Shown piece by piece: positions 20,217-29,880 of a stretch of DNA of 36,742 bases (its first letter is position 1; every line of letters begins with the position of its first letter). The stretch covers positions 1 through 36,742 of the IMG/VR virus record IMGVR_UViG_3300001487_000076. The stretch is one strand, 5' to 3'. The DNA is from a virus. The notes under the pieces are model-generated. The model did no database searches and was not told where the DNA came from. It saw nothing but the letters and a program-made list of their open reading frames with translations. A program made the position numbers and the translations under genes.

Positions 20217-20439
20217 AATAGAGGGTAGGATTTTAGGATTCTACGAGAGATGAAAACCGCCTCTCCGCTGTACTTGCAGTAGTAGGTATTCGGGACAAGT
20301 CCTGCAAAGCCACAAGTTATATTTACTGACATCATCATAATACTTATTTCCTCCTATGGGGAGTTCACCTCCCCTATTAGTAACCAATCATTGCAAAGAT
20401 ATGAAAGGTTGCAACCATAAAAATAAAAGGAGAGAAATA

Positions 20440-20631
20440 ATGCCTGAGTATAATTACATTTGTCCAAATTGTGACAATAAATTTTCTGTAGAGAAAAAGA
20501 TTAGCGAATATAATCCGCACGAACAATGCCCTATATGCAAAACGGATGCAAACAGGGACATGACAACAAATTATTGTAATGGTAATTACGTTGTTAAATG
20601 TACTGGGTTTTATGGAAAGCACTCTACATAA
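20440..20631 (+). CDS. FmdB-like zinc-ribbon small protein (63 aa)
   Basis: Track ORF 20356..20631, trimmed to the ATG at 20440, which follows AAAGGAGAGAAATA. MPEYNYICPNCDNKFSVEKKISEYNPHEQCPICK carries CxxC...CxxC. Confidence 0.65.
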   Translation: MPEYNYICPNCDNKFSVEKKISEYNPHEQCPICKTDANRDMTTNYCNGNYVVKCTGFYGKHST

Positions 20632-20643
20632 GGAGGAATAAAA

Positions 20644-21768
20644 ATGGCTGGTCGTGGTAGACCTAAAGGCTCAAAGTCAAAAAAAAATACGACAACTGTA
20701 AGAAAGACTTGTACTAATTGCAATAGAGAATTACCGTTGAGTAGCTTTTATGTTGCTTCAAATCCTTTTACTTCAAGTGATGGTAAAAGAGTTAATGTTT
20801 GTAAGGATTGTATTAAGATATGCTCTACAAACCCAGATGGAACAATAAATGCTGATTCGTTCAAGAATATGCTTATGCTGATTGACCGTCCTTTTGTTCC
20901 AAGGATATTAGATATAGCGATAAAAGAATCAGAAAAAACTTGTAGTGATAATGCTGTTAGAACAGATGTAGTTGGATTATATATGAAGAATATATCCAGT
21001 TTAATTCCCTATTCTAAAATGACATTTGCCGATGGCGAGAACTACAAGGAAGATAAACCAACTAATTCAAATTCAGTACGTTATTCTGTTGTAGAAAGAA
21101 CTAATAGAGGAAAAGAAGAAGCGGTCTTTATTAATGAAAATATTGATTTTGACTTAACCGAAGATATTGTTGATAGATTCGGTGAAGGATATACCAAAAG
21201 TCAATATGCTAAAATGCAAAAAAAGTATGACAAGCTAAAGCAGAACTATCAGTTAACAACAAATCTTCACGAAGAAGCTCTTGCAACATATGTTAGATTT
21301 AAAGTTAGAGAAGAAGAAGCGACAGCAAATGGAGATGTGGAGAGTGCAAACAAATGGAATAAAGCGGCACAGGATGCTGCTGAAAAAGCCAAGCTTACCC
21401 CAAAACAATTGACACAGGCTGACTTGCAAGGTGGTATAACTACTATTAGCGAAATATCTAAAGCAGTTGAAGAAGCTGCTGATATTATAGAGATATTACC
21501 AAGATTCAAATACGCTCCTAACGATGCACCAGATTTTATAATTTGGTGCTATATTAATTTCTGCCGTAAATTAAAAGGCTTACCAGAAGTTGATTATGAA
21601 GAAGTTTATAAATTCTACGACAGAAAGAAAGAGGAATATATTGCACAGTATGGCGACCCATATGGTATCTTTACAGATGATACTTCTGAAAAAAACCGAG
21701 AAGCTGTAAAAAAATTTATTCAATTGCCGAAAGACTACAATGTAGGAAGTGATACCGATGGCGAATGA
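20644..21768 (+). CDS. Zn-ribbon-containing protein in the terminase small-subunit position (374 aa)
   Basis: An AAGGAGGAATAAAA ribosome-binding site is present. The N-terminus has basic AT-hook-like GRGRPKGSK followed by CTNCN...CKDC. It lies immediately upstream of terL and overlaps it. The role is inferred from position only. Confidence 0.35.
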   Translation: MAGRGRPKGSKSKKNTTTVRKTCTNCNRELPLSSFYVASNPFTSSDGKRVNVCKDCIKICSTNPDGTINADSFKNMLMLIDRPFVPRILDIAIKESEKTCSDNAVRTDVVGLYMKNISSLIPYSKMTFADGENYKEDKPTNSNSVRYSVVERTNRGKEEAVFINENIDFDLTEDIVDRFGEGYTKSQYAKMQKKYDKLKQNYQLTTNLHEEALATYVRFKVREEEATANGDVESANKWNKAAQDAAEKAKLTPKQLTQADLQGGITTISEISKAVEEAADIIEILPRFKYAPNDAPDFIIWCYINFCRKLKGLPEVDYEEVYKFYDRKKEEYIAQYGDPYGIFTDDTSEKNREAVKKFIQLPKDYNVGSDTDGE

Positions 21769-23407
21769 TAGAATTAAAGCTCTTGTAGATGATACTCCTT
21801 TTGGCAAAAGAATTGAGAATTATTATGATTTAATAAGCTTCTTTCGTTTCTATCCTGATTTAATGTTGGATATGCTTAAACCTCCAAAGGGAGGCATCAA
21901 TCTTCATCTTGACCAAAGAATTTTTCTCAGGTGTGATTTGAGATTTTTTAGTATGTATGGAGATTTTTCAAGAGGCTATGCCAAAACATATGATGAGGTA
22001 TTGGACTGCGTTTGTGCTGCAATGTTATATCCCAATATAACTGTTGCTATTTCAGCACAAACAAAAGAAAATGCCGCTGACCTTTTGGCTGCTAAATGGA
22101 ACGAAATAACAAAACACTATCCGCTTTTGTTAAATGAGATAGAGGACAAGCCTAAATTTTCAAGAGGTATTGCTTATATTAAATTTAAAAATGGTTCTGA
22201 GATTGATGCAATTGCTAATGCACAAAGCACAAAGGGACAAAGACGTACTCGATTAAAAATAGAAGAATCTGCATTGCTTAATAATGCGTTGTTCGAGGAT
22301 GCACTTGCACCTGTTGTTGAAGTTCCTCGTTTGACAGTAGGAAAACTTGGTATACCTGACCCTTGCGAACTTAATCAACAAATTCATTTCTTTACAACTG
22401 CTGGATTCAAAGGTAGTGACGAATATCTTAGATTGGTAAGTATGGTTGATGAAATGGAACAACTCAAAGGAAAAATTGTTCTTGGTTCTAATTGGATGTT
22501 GCCTTGTTGGTATGGTCGTGGTTCAAGTAAGAGCCAGATACTTAATAAGAAAAAGAATATGTCATTGGTAGCTTTCGCACAGAACTATGAGCAAGAATGG
22601 GTTGGAGCTTCTGAGGGGGCATTGGTAAATATTAATAAATTGCTTAATTGTAGAGTTCTATTAAAACCAGTAAAGGTCGCAGATGATGACGAAATCTTTA
22701 TGGGTGTCGATGTTGCACGAAGCCAAAAGACTTCTAACAATCAATCTTCAATTGTAGTTGGCAAGGTAATAAGAAATTCTGATGCTTCAAGAATAATTGC
22801 AGTTGAGATAGTGGATATTGTTAATGTGCCAAATATATATAATTTTACCAAGCAAGCAATAAAAGTAAAACAAGTCCAGAAACAGTACAATGCAAAAATA
22901 GTTGTTTGCGATGGTAACGGTTTGGGTGCTGGATTAATTGATGCTTTACTAACTGAAACTATTGACCCAGTCACGGGCGAAAGTTTAGGGTGCTGGGACA
23001 CAATTAATGATAATAATGAACCTGAGATTCCAAATTCGCCTAAGATACTATATAACCTTAAAGCACAGTCATGTCAAAATGAAATAGTTACTACTTTTAT
23101 TGATTATGTTGAAAGTGGCAAATTAAAACTATTGGAAAGAAAAATAGATACAGAGTTTACTGAAAGCGAATGGGACGATTCTGAAAATTTAATTAGACCT
23201 TATATTGAAACGGATGCTTTCATTGAAGAAGCTGCAAATCTAAAAATGAAGCATCTGTCTAATGGTGGAATAACAATTGAAAGAGTTGCAAGAAAGGTTG
23301 ATAAGGATAGGGTGTCTGCTTTAATATATATGCTTTGGTATATTGACAAATTTGCTAAAGACTTATCAATTGATGAAGAATATGCAAGCTCTGTATTTGT
23401 AAACTAA
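21758..23407 (+). CDS. terL: terminase large subunit (549 aa)
   Basis: Track ORF 21749..23407; I prefer the ATG at 21758, after AGGAAGTGA. It has a deviant Walker A, SRGYAKTY. The RNaseH-like nuclease motifs FMGVDVARS and VVCDGNGLGAGLIDAL are present. It sits directly upstream of the portal gene. Confidence 0.8.
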   Translation: MANDRIKALVDDTPFGKRIENYYDLISFFRFYPDLMLDMLKPPKGGINLHLDQRIFLRCDLRFFSMYGDFSRGYAKTYDEVLDCVCAAMLYPNITVAISAQTKENAADLLAAKWNEITKHYPLLLNEIEDKPKFSRGIAYIKFKNGSEIDAIANAQSTKGQRRTRLKIEESALLNNALFEDALAPVVEVPRLTVGKLGIPDPCELNQQIHFFTTAGFKGSDEYLRLVSMVDEMEQLKGKIVLGSNWMLPCWYGRGSSKSQILNKKKNMSLVAFAQNYEQEWVGASEGALVNINKLLNCRVLLKPVKVADDDEIFMGVDVARSQKTSNNQSSIVVGKVIRNSDASRIIAVEIVDIVNVPNIYNFTKQAIKVKQVQKQYNAKIVVCDGNGLGAGLIDALLTETIDPVTGESLGCWDTINDNNEPEIPNSPKILYNLKAQSCQNEIVTTFIDYVESGKLKLLERKIDTEFTESEWDDSENLIRPYIETDAFIEEAANLKMKHLSNGGITIERVARKVDKDRVSALIYMLWYIDKFAKDLSIDEEYASSVFVN

Positions 23408-23424
23408 AAGAAAGGAGGGGGCAA

Positions 23425-25047
23425 ATGGCAAAAATACATAAACTAACCAAACATAAAGATATGTCAAATTACGAAGTGAATAGTTATTGGTTTAGAAGTG
23501 ATGTTACTACCAATAACTATATTAACATTTTGTGCGATTATCATATTGAACAGCTCATTAAAATGATTCAAGAACCAATGCTTGATTCAAATAATCAGCA
23601 GTTAAGAACAATTTCAAGAAGATTGTATTCAAGTGATGGTATTACAAGAAATACTCTCGATTACATATCAGCACTTCCTTCTTTAGATTATATAATTACA
23701 AGCTATGTAAATGACAACAAATCGAAGGTTAATAAAGAAATTGTACGTTATGTGATGCGAAAAATAAAACACAAACAATTTATACGAGATGCAATTCTCA
23801 AAGGTTGTATTGATGGTATTGCTATTTATTACCTTGATACAACTGAAACAAAGGTTGATAATCAAAAGTTTATTAGCAAATTCAAGGCACAATCTATAAG
23901 TGAGGTAAATGCACTAAAACCAAAACTGGCAAAGATTAACGCTGCTATAAAATCGCTGCCAATAGATTATTGTCGTATAACAGGAACAAGAAACAATTCT
24001 TATGTTGTAGCATTTGATTTAAGTTATTTTGAAAGCGGAACAGAATCGCCACAGGACAAGTTGAGAAAATATCCTGCTGAGTTCACGGTAGCTTACAATA
24101 AGTGGATAAATGACAAGAGCAATAATCAGATGTATGTTTTAGATAATACCAAAACTATTGTTCACAAGGTTTCTTCTAACTTGGACGAGCCTTGGGGTAG
24201 ACCCTTAGTTCTTGCCGCTATTCAAGATATTCTTTACTCTGATTATTTTAGAAACACAAAAAGGAATTTGCTTGATAATGTTAATAATAAAATCATATAT
24301 CAAACATTCCCAGAGGGAAAGACTGCTGGTACTTCTGCATTAAGCAAACAACAGCAAAAAGAACAACACGATGCTGTCAAAGGTGCGGTTCAGAATAAGC
24401 AAGGAGTTAATGGCACTACGTTCTTTTCTGTTGCAGCAGGAACAAAGATAGGTAGCATAGATGTTAAGACTGATTTGTTCGATAATGATTATGAATCAAA
24501 TCTTGACACTAAGGTTGGTACTGATTTAGGATTTGCCGCTTCGCTTCTTAATGCAAGTGGTACGACTTCATTTAGTTCTCAGCAAACGAACCTTGAACTT
24601 GTAACATCTCAAATATTTGAATGGATTGAAAGTATTGTAGCAGAGCTAAATAAGGTTATTAATTACAACATACTTGGTTTGTCATATATAGATGTAGAAG
24701 TTAATTATCTTCCTATAACGCACTTGAATAGAGATAAGTATTTTGAAACTGCAAAAGATTTGTTTACAATAGGCAGAGGTTCACTTGCTTATCTTGCAAA
24801 CTGTGCTGGTCTATCCAAAGAAGTTTATTTTGCTATGCTTGATGAACAACTTGAAGAAGGTGTTTTGGACAAGTACCCTGTTAATGCTACGTCATTTAAT
24901 ACATCTGGTAACAACAGCGATGTTGACAATCAGAACAAGGATAGTCAGAACAAGGGCGGTAGACCAACTAATAATAATCCCACAAATGAGAATACCATTA
25001 GAAGCAAAACTAACAACTCAAACAAACAGCCCAAACCTAATAGTTGA
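23425..25047 (+). CDS. portal protein (540 aa)
   Basis: The call rests on its size, its position after terL, an AAAGGAGGGGGCAA ribosome-binding site and a low-complexity N/Q/K-rich C-terminal tail. Confidence 0.6.
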   Translation: MAKIHKLTKHKDMSNYEVNSYWFRSDVTTNNYINILCDYHIEQLIKMIQEPMLDSNNQQLRTISRRLYSSDGITRNTLDYISALPSLDYIITSYVNDNKSKVNKEIVRYVMRKIKHKQFIRDAILKGCIDGIAIYYLDTTETKVDNQKFISKFKAQSISEVNALKPKLAKINAAIKSLPIDYCRITGTRNNSYVVAFDLSYFESGTESPQDKLRKYPAEFTVAYNKWINDKSNNQMYVLDNTKTIVHKVSSNLDEPWGRPLVLAAIQDILYSDYFRNTKRNLLDNVNNKIIYQTFPEGKTAGTSALSKQQQKEQHDAVKGAVQNKQGVNGTTFFSVAAGTKIGSIDVKTDLFDNDYESNLDTKVGTDLGFAASLLNASGTTSFSSQQTNLELVTSQIFEWIESIVAELNKVINYNILGLSYIDVEVNYLPITHLNRDKYFETAKDLFTIGRGSLAYLANCAGLSKEVYFAMLDEQLEEGVLDKYPVNATSFNTSGNNSDVDNQNKDSQNKGGRPTNNNPTNENTIRSKTNNSNKQPKPNS

Positions 25048-25050
25048 GAT

Positions 25051-25082
25051 AGACCACTCATATAGTGGTTCTTTTTATTTTT
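25051..25082 (+). terminator. intrinsic terminator/attenuator after portal
   Basis: accact-catat-agtggt is followed by tctttttattttt. Confidence 0.6.
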
Positions 25083-25102
25083 AGGGGAAAGGTGGTGAAT
25101 AA

Positions 25103-26287
25103 ATGAACACAGTGATTGAAATGGGTAGCAAAAGAACCAAGGGCGGTAGAAGATATATTAAGATGGCACTTCATTCTATTCATGAAAATGCAGAAGATGT
25201 TCAAGATAATGGACTTCATTGGGAAAAGAAATATGTTTTAAATAATATTTCTACCGCTGTTAATATGCCAATATGTGTAGAGTTTGCAGATGAAGATAAA
25301 ACAATTCCACTTGGACACGGCTATACAGATGAAATTGAAGATGAAAATGGAAATCCTATTCCTATCTTCCGAAATTCAGAAGTAGTTGGAACAATTGAAA
25401 AGGCACAGATTGAAACAGTAAATGTTGATGGTGTAGATAGTGAATGTCTTGTAGGAGAAGGGTATTTGTTTGACCAACGTTATCCTAATTTTGTTAAATG
25501 GCTCAAAGAAAGTATAAAAACCAATACAGTCAAATCATCTATTGAGCTTATGGGTACAGAAGAAAATAATAATCAGATTGTTTACGATGGTGAAGTCACA
25601 GAAGAACATCGAACGCCTATGGTTTATTCCTATTCGGGAACGGCTATTTTAAGTGTAAAAGAGGCTGACAAAAATGCAATTGTATTAGAAGCAGCTTCTT
25701 TAAATACAAGCAATAATAAAGAAAGTGAGGTTTATAAAATGGATAAAGAGACACTTGCTATGATTACTGATTCCGTAAAGGTTGCAGTATCAGAAACAAA
25801 TTCTAAAAATTCAGAATATGAAGCTAAGATTTCAGAACTTAACCAGACTATCGCAGATAAGGATGCAAAGATTGCAGAGCTTAATGCTTCTGTCGAGGAG
25901 GTTCAGTCAGCTCTTAATGCAGTTAGAGCTGAGATTGAGCAGAAGTCAAATGAACTCGATGCTGCTTGGGAGGAAAAGAGAGCATTAGAAGTTGCACTTG
26001 GCGAAGCAAAGGCAAAGGAGAGACTTGGCGAACTTAATTCTGCTATTGCAGGATTCACAGAGGAACAGAAGGGATATGCAAAGGACGAGATTGAAAAGTT
26101 TAATGCTGACCCCGTAAATGTTGAAATCAATACTGTAATTGATGCCATCTATCGTGGTATTGGTAAGCAGTCCATTGAAAAGAAGGACGAGCCTGTTGTA
26201 GAGATTAATTCTGCTACTGATATTTATGGCGAAGTATTTCAGCCTAAGTCTACAATTGGCAAAACAGAAGAAGGTTCTATTTATTAA
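25103..26287 (+). CDS. scaffolding-type protein with a globular N-domain and a long coiled-coil C-half (394 aa)
   Basis: It lies between the portal and capsid genes. Heptad-rich AKISELNQTIADKDAKIAELNASVEEVQSALNAVRAEIEQKSNELDAAWEEKRALEVALGEAKAKERLGELN is present. The N-domain could be an XkdF-like protease, but I could not verify this. Confidence 0.5.
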   Translation: MNTVIEMGSKRTKGGRRYIKMALHSIHENAEDVQDNGLHWEKKYVLNNISTAVNMPICVEFADEDKTIPLGHGYTDEIEDENGNPIPIFRNSEVVGTIEKAQIETVNVDGVDSECLVGEGYLFDQRYPNFVKWLKESIKTNTVKSSIELMGTEENNNQIVYDGEVTEEHRTPMVYSYSGTAILSVKEADKNAIVLEAASLNTSNNKESEVYKMDKETLAMITDSVKVAVSETNSKNSEYEAKISELNQTIADKDAKIAELNASVEEVQSALNAVRAEIEQKSNELDAAWEEKRALEVALGEAKAKERLGELNSAIAGFTEEQKGYAKDEIEKFNADPVNVEINTVIDAIYRGIGKQSIEKKDEPVVEINSATDIYGEVFQPKSTIGKTEEGSIY

Positions 26288-26310
26288 TTAAAAGAAAGGA
26301 AGGTTTTATT

Positions 26311-26760
26311 ATGGTAAAGGTACATACTATGAAGATGATTGAACATTTTGGTGATAGCTACCCTAATGTTACAGCACACGCAGATATGATTAATGGTGCT
26401 CTTGTTGGTCTTACATATACAGGTGCTTCAAAGGTAACTAAAGCTCCCGCAACTGGCGAGAAGCTTTATATTGTTATGAATACTCAGGAGGGCGATAATG
26501 TATACGCTCTCACATATCCCATCCCACAGGGAGAGTATGTAAATCTCTTTGACCTTGCTGATTGGGTAGGTATGGAACTTGACGTTTCCAAGGAGAATAT
26601 TACTGGTACATTTGCAAACATCGCTGTTGGCGATACTCTTACATTTGATGCTACAACCTTTAAGTTCAAGGAGGACACCGCAACTGCTGGTGATGTTTGC
26701 TTTAAGGTAACAGCACTTACAACAACTGGTGTAAGAGTTCTTGTACAGATTGCTGCGTAA
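26311..26760 (+). CDS. abundant head-associated protein (149 aa; decoration or accessory capsid protein?)
   Basis: It shares the AGAAAGGAAGGT ribosome-binding site with the capsid and tail tube genes and lies directly upstream of the major capsid gene. Confidence 0.4.
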   Translation: MVKVHTMKMIEHFGDSYPNVTAHADMINGALVGLTYTGASKVTKAPATGEKLYIVMNTQEGDNVYALTYPIPQGEYVNLFDLADWVGMELDVSKENITGTFANIAVGDTLTFDATTFKFKEDTATAGDVCFKVTALTTTGVRVLVQIAA

Positions 26761-26788
26761 TTTTAAATAGAAAGGAAGGTAAAATAAT

Positions 26789-27877
26789 ATGAGAACATAT
26801 GAGATTAATGAAATGAATGGTTGCCGTAAGGACACTATTCACAACGAACTTAATTCTAAGTCGCCTGTTGTGGCTACATATTCTGCTCTTGTGAAAGGAG
26901 AGTCAGTTGATGGTATCAAGGATAGCAAGGGTATTGCAGTTGGTGATGCTTGTGTAAATCATATCAAGGAGCTTAATGCTCGTGCCGAGTCTGGCGACCT
27001 TACAGCTATCTCCGAGCTTAATGCTATTAGAGCTTTTGTTGTAAACCCTGATGTTCTTGAAAGTATCAAGCTCTTTGGTTTCTTTGGAGGTTACGAGCAG
27101 CTTGGTCAGGATGAAACTGTTGAGCGTAAGATAATCAAGCAGAGTGTTAATACAAGAGGACAGGCTCTTAATGGCGATGTTCCTTTCAGCTTCAATTATG
27201 CTGATAAGTACACTGTGCCTACAACTTCTCTTGCCGCTGGTTATGAAGTAGATTATCGTAAGGCACAGTTTGGTGATATGTCTGCCGAGAATATTCTTAT
27301 TGAGAATATTAAGACAGATATGCTTAATAAGGCTGCTGCTTACGCATTTGACACAGTTATATCTGCTATCACTAATGCAGATATAAAGAACTTCGCTTCT
27401 GGCGTAACAAGAACAAATGTACAGGGTGTTCTTAATAAGTCTCGTCCTTTTGGTAAGGTAAGCCTCCTTGGTGATACATCTGCTGTTATTAAACTCAACG
27501 ACATTGCTACATATTCTGATGGTCAGGCTACTCCTTATCTTAATATTTCTCAGGAGGCTATGGAGGAAATTAGAAAGAACGCATATATTTCTTCTATTAT
27601 GGGTGCTTCTGTTGTAGGTCTTGATAACGCATATGACCTCAGTAAGCTTAATGCTGCTGGTACTTGGTTTGAGAAGCTTGTATCTGATAGATATATCTTT
27701 GCTGTTCCTACAGGTATTAATTCTCCTATTCAGCTCTGGACTCGTGGCGGTCTTACTTCTATGACTGGCACAGATGTAACAACTGGTAAGCTCCTTACAA
27801 GATATGACCTTGAAGTTGCCGCTGATGTTGCAAAGGGCGAGGAATACAAGATTGGCATTATTGATACAACAAACTAA
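26789..27877 (+). CDS. major capsid protein (362 aa)
   Basis: The call rests on position, size, a strong AGAAAGGAAGGT ribosome-binding site and the stable hairpin that follows. Confidence 0.6.
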   Translation: MRTYEINEMNGCRKDTIHNELNSKSPVVATYSALVKGESVDGIKDSKGIAVGDACVNHIKELNARAESGDLTAISELNAIRAFVVNPDVLESIKLFGFFGGYEQLGQDETVERKIIKQSVNTRGQALNGDVPFSFNYADKYTVPTTSLAAGYEVDYRKAQFGDMSAENILIENIKTDMLNKAAAYAFDTVISAITNADIKNFASGVTRTNVQGVLNKSRPFGKVSLLGDTSAVIKLNDIATYSDGQATPYLNISQEAMEEIRKNAYISSIMGASVVGLDNAYDLSKLNAAGTWFEKLVSDRYIFAVPTGINSPIQLWTRGGLTSMTGTDVTTGKLLTRYDLEVAADVAKGEEYKIGIIDTTN

Positions 27878-27895
27878 TATCTAAAAGTGTAATTT

Positions 27896-27919
27896 ATGGG
27901 GCGATTAATTTCGCCCCAT
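27896..27919 (+). terminator. stable hairpin after the capsid gene (attenuator/terminator-like)
   Basis: atggggcga-ttaatt-tcgccccat forms a 9-bp stem. The T-run is poor, so termination efficiency is uncertain. Confidence 0.45.
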
Positions 27920-27942
27920 TAATTTAAAGGAGGAACTAATAA

Positions 27943-28413
27943 ATGTCGCTTAATATGAGTGAAAACATTAAGATTAAAAATATTACCAGCTTTCCTGTTG
28001 GGTTTAGAAGGATTAATGGACAGGGAGAAATCAACCTCCCTCCGTCAACTACAATTCTTTGTGATAGAGCAGAAGTGATTTCTCAGGTTCAGTCTGGTAA
28101 CATTCAGTTCTGTGGAGAAAATTATAATGCTTCACATCCATATATCTACATAGATGATAAAGAAACAAGAATTTATGTTGGTCTTGAAACAGAAGAACAG
28201 CCTCAGTCTATTATTAGTGAAGATAAAATAAAGGCTGCGTTTGCTTGCAAAACAAACAAGGCATTTGAACAGGCAATTTCAGAGCTTGCTGTAACCTTTT
28301 CTGAAAAGAAACTTCTTGTTGAGTCTATTAAAAAGCTTGAAATCAACGATTATAAGAAAATTAAATTTGTTGAAAAGTATACTGGAATGGCAATTAACGA
28401 TAGCGAAGATTAA
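27943..28413 (+). CDS. hypothetical virion-module protein (156 aa)
   Basis: Track ORF with an AAAGGAGGAACTAATAA ribosome-binding site. Confidence 0.6.
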   Translation: MSLNMSENIKIKNITSFPVGFRRINGQGEINLPPSTTILCDRAEVISQVQSGNIQFCGENYNASHPYIYIDDKETRIYVGLETEEQPQSIISEDKIKAAFACKTNKAFEQAISELAVTFSEKKLLVESIKKLEINDYKKIKFVEKYTGMAINDSED

Positions 28414-28427
28414 GGTGGTGATTTGCG

Positions 28428-28826
28428 TTGGGTGACGTAACGACAAAAGCTGATGTTATCCAAAAATTTCGTTCTCTCCCAATGGCAAAACAGGTCTTGC
28501 CAGAGGGTTTAGAGGACGAATGGTTTGACTCTGCTTTGGGTCAATATGAACTTGACATTGATAAACTTGGCTATGATGTAGACAGTTCTAAGTTTGCTTC
28601 AAAGCTCGAACCCTTTGTTGTGTATACATTAGGACTTCTTATGTATCAAGAGTATCTTACGAGAGAGTTGTCAAAAGCAGAAAAGATAAATGGATTTCGA
28701 GGTAAGGATATTCAATTAACTGGTAGCGATGCTTCTAAAAATGTAACTTACAAGGATTTGGTATTACAGCAGCAACGAGTTCAAGAGTTCCTTCATAAGC
28801 AGAAAACTCATGCATTTAATAATTGA
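28428..28826 (+). CDS. putative head-tail connector/adaptor (132 aa)
   Basis: It has a TTG start after AAGGTGGTG. The role is inferred from position and size only. Confidence 0.4.
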   Translation: MGDVTTKADVIQKFRSLPMAKQVLPEGLEDEWFDSALGQYELDIDKLGYDVDSSKFASKLEPFVVYTLGLLMYQEYLTRELSKAEKINGFRGKDIQLTGSDASKNVTYKDLVLQQQRVQEFLHKQKTHAFNN

Positions 28827-28840
28827 TTGGGGTGATTAAT

Positions 28841-29878
28841 ATGGATTCTCAGAATTGGTATCTTATTAATCCACAACCAACAATTAATAATGGCTTAGAA
28901 AATGAAGAATGGGACAATTGGGTTAGTGATAGTTTTGACGAAGCCTTAACCGAAACTCGGCTTGGAGAAGAAGTTATATTTTGTAGGGGTCAGTTTAATG
29001 GTGAAACAGGATTGTTTGAAACAGAATTTGAAACACAAGCTGTTGTGCAGAACAAAACTTTTGACGCTTATACACAGGGTTGGAAAAGACAATTATTAAC
29101 ACGAATTAGTGATATGGTGGCTGACTATAAGTATATCAAAATTAAGGACACCAAAAATAATTGGCAAATATATGTCATTATGGCAATGCCTGATAATAAT
29201 GGCATATATACAAAAGTTGTAGCTCACGAATGTAATTATACATTAAAATGGCAAGATACTGAAACTGGAATAATATATTACTATCCATCTTATACTGCGG
29301 ATGCCACTCAGTATAATACTGGTGTTGAATCAGCAAGAGAAAGGATTCAGACTGGATATATTCAGCTAATGAGTTGGTTGTCACTTGATGATATAACCGT
29401 TGAATTACAACGTGACAAAAGAATGTTTATAGATTTCTCAAAGAAACATCCAGACGTATATATAATTACGTCAATGTCTAAAGTACCTTATTCGTACAAT
29501 GAAATGCGAATCATGCGTATTACATTTACAGAACATGAATTTAATCCTCAGACCGATAGAATTGATTTAATGCTATGTGATTATATTGAAAATATACCAC
29601 AGCCAACAAGTCCAATTGAAATATCATATGTTGGTAAACCCGAAATTAGAATAGGTAGAACTAAAACATTTACTGTTGATACAGAAGATAGTATAACATT
29701 TAGCTTATTGGTTTCAGAACAATGCCAAGATTATATTGAACTGATGGTAGTTGACAGTAAAACTTGCAAGATTAGTGTTAAGAGCAATGTTAATATCGTT
29801 GGCAGTAATTTTAAGCTTGTCGCCAACAATGGAAGTCAATCAAGTGAACTTCTAATAAGTGTGAAAGGTGGAATTTAA
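28841..29878 (+). CDS. virion protein with a C-terminal Ig-like (Big_2-type) domain (345 aa)
   Basis: Track ORF 28823..29878; I prefer the ATG at 28841, after GGGGTGA. The C-terminal ISYVGKPEIRIGRTKTFTVD...KISVKSNVNIVGSNFKLVANNGSQSSELLISVKG has an Ig-like strand pattern. Confidence 0.5.
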   Translation: MDSQNWYLINPQPTINNGLENEEWDNWVSDSFDEALTETRLGEEVIFCRGQFNGETGLFETEFETQAVVQNKTFDAYTQGWKRQLLTRISDMVADYKYIKIKDTKNNWQIYVIMAMPDNNGIYTKVVAHECNYTLKWQDTETGIIYYYPSYTADATQYNTGVESARERIQTGYIQLMSWLSLDDITVELQRDKRMFIDFSKKHPDVYIITSMSKVPYSYNEMRIMRITFTEHEFNPQTDRIDLMLCDYIENIPQPTSPIEISYVGKPEIRIGRTKTFTVDTEDSITFSLLVSEQCQDYIELMVVDSKTCKISVKSNVNIVGSNFKLVANNGSQSSELLISVKGGI

Positions 29879-29880
29879 TT

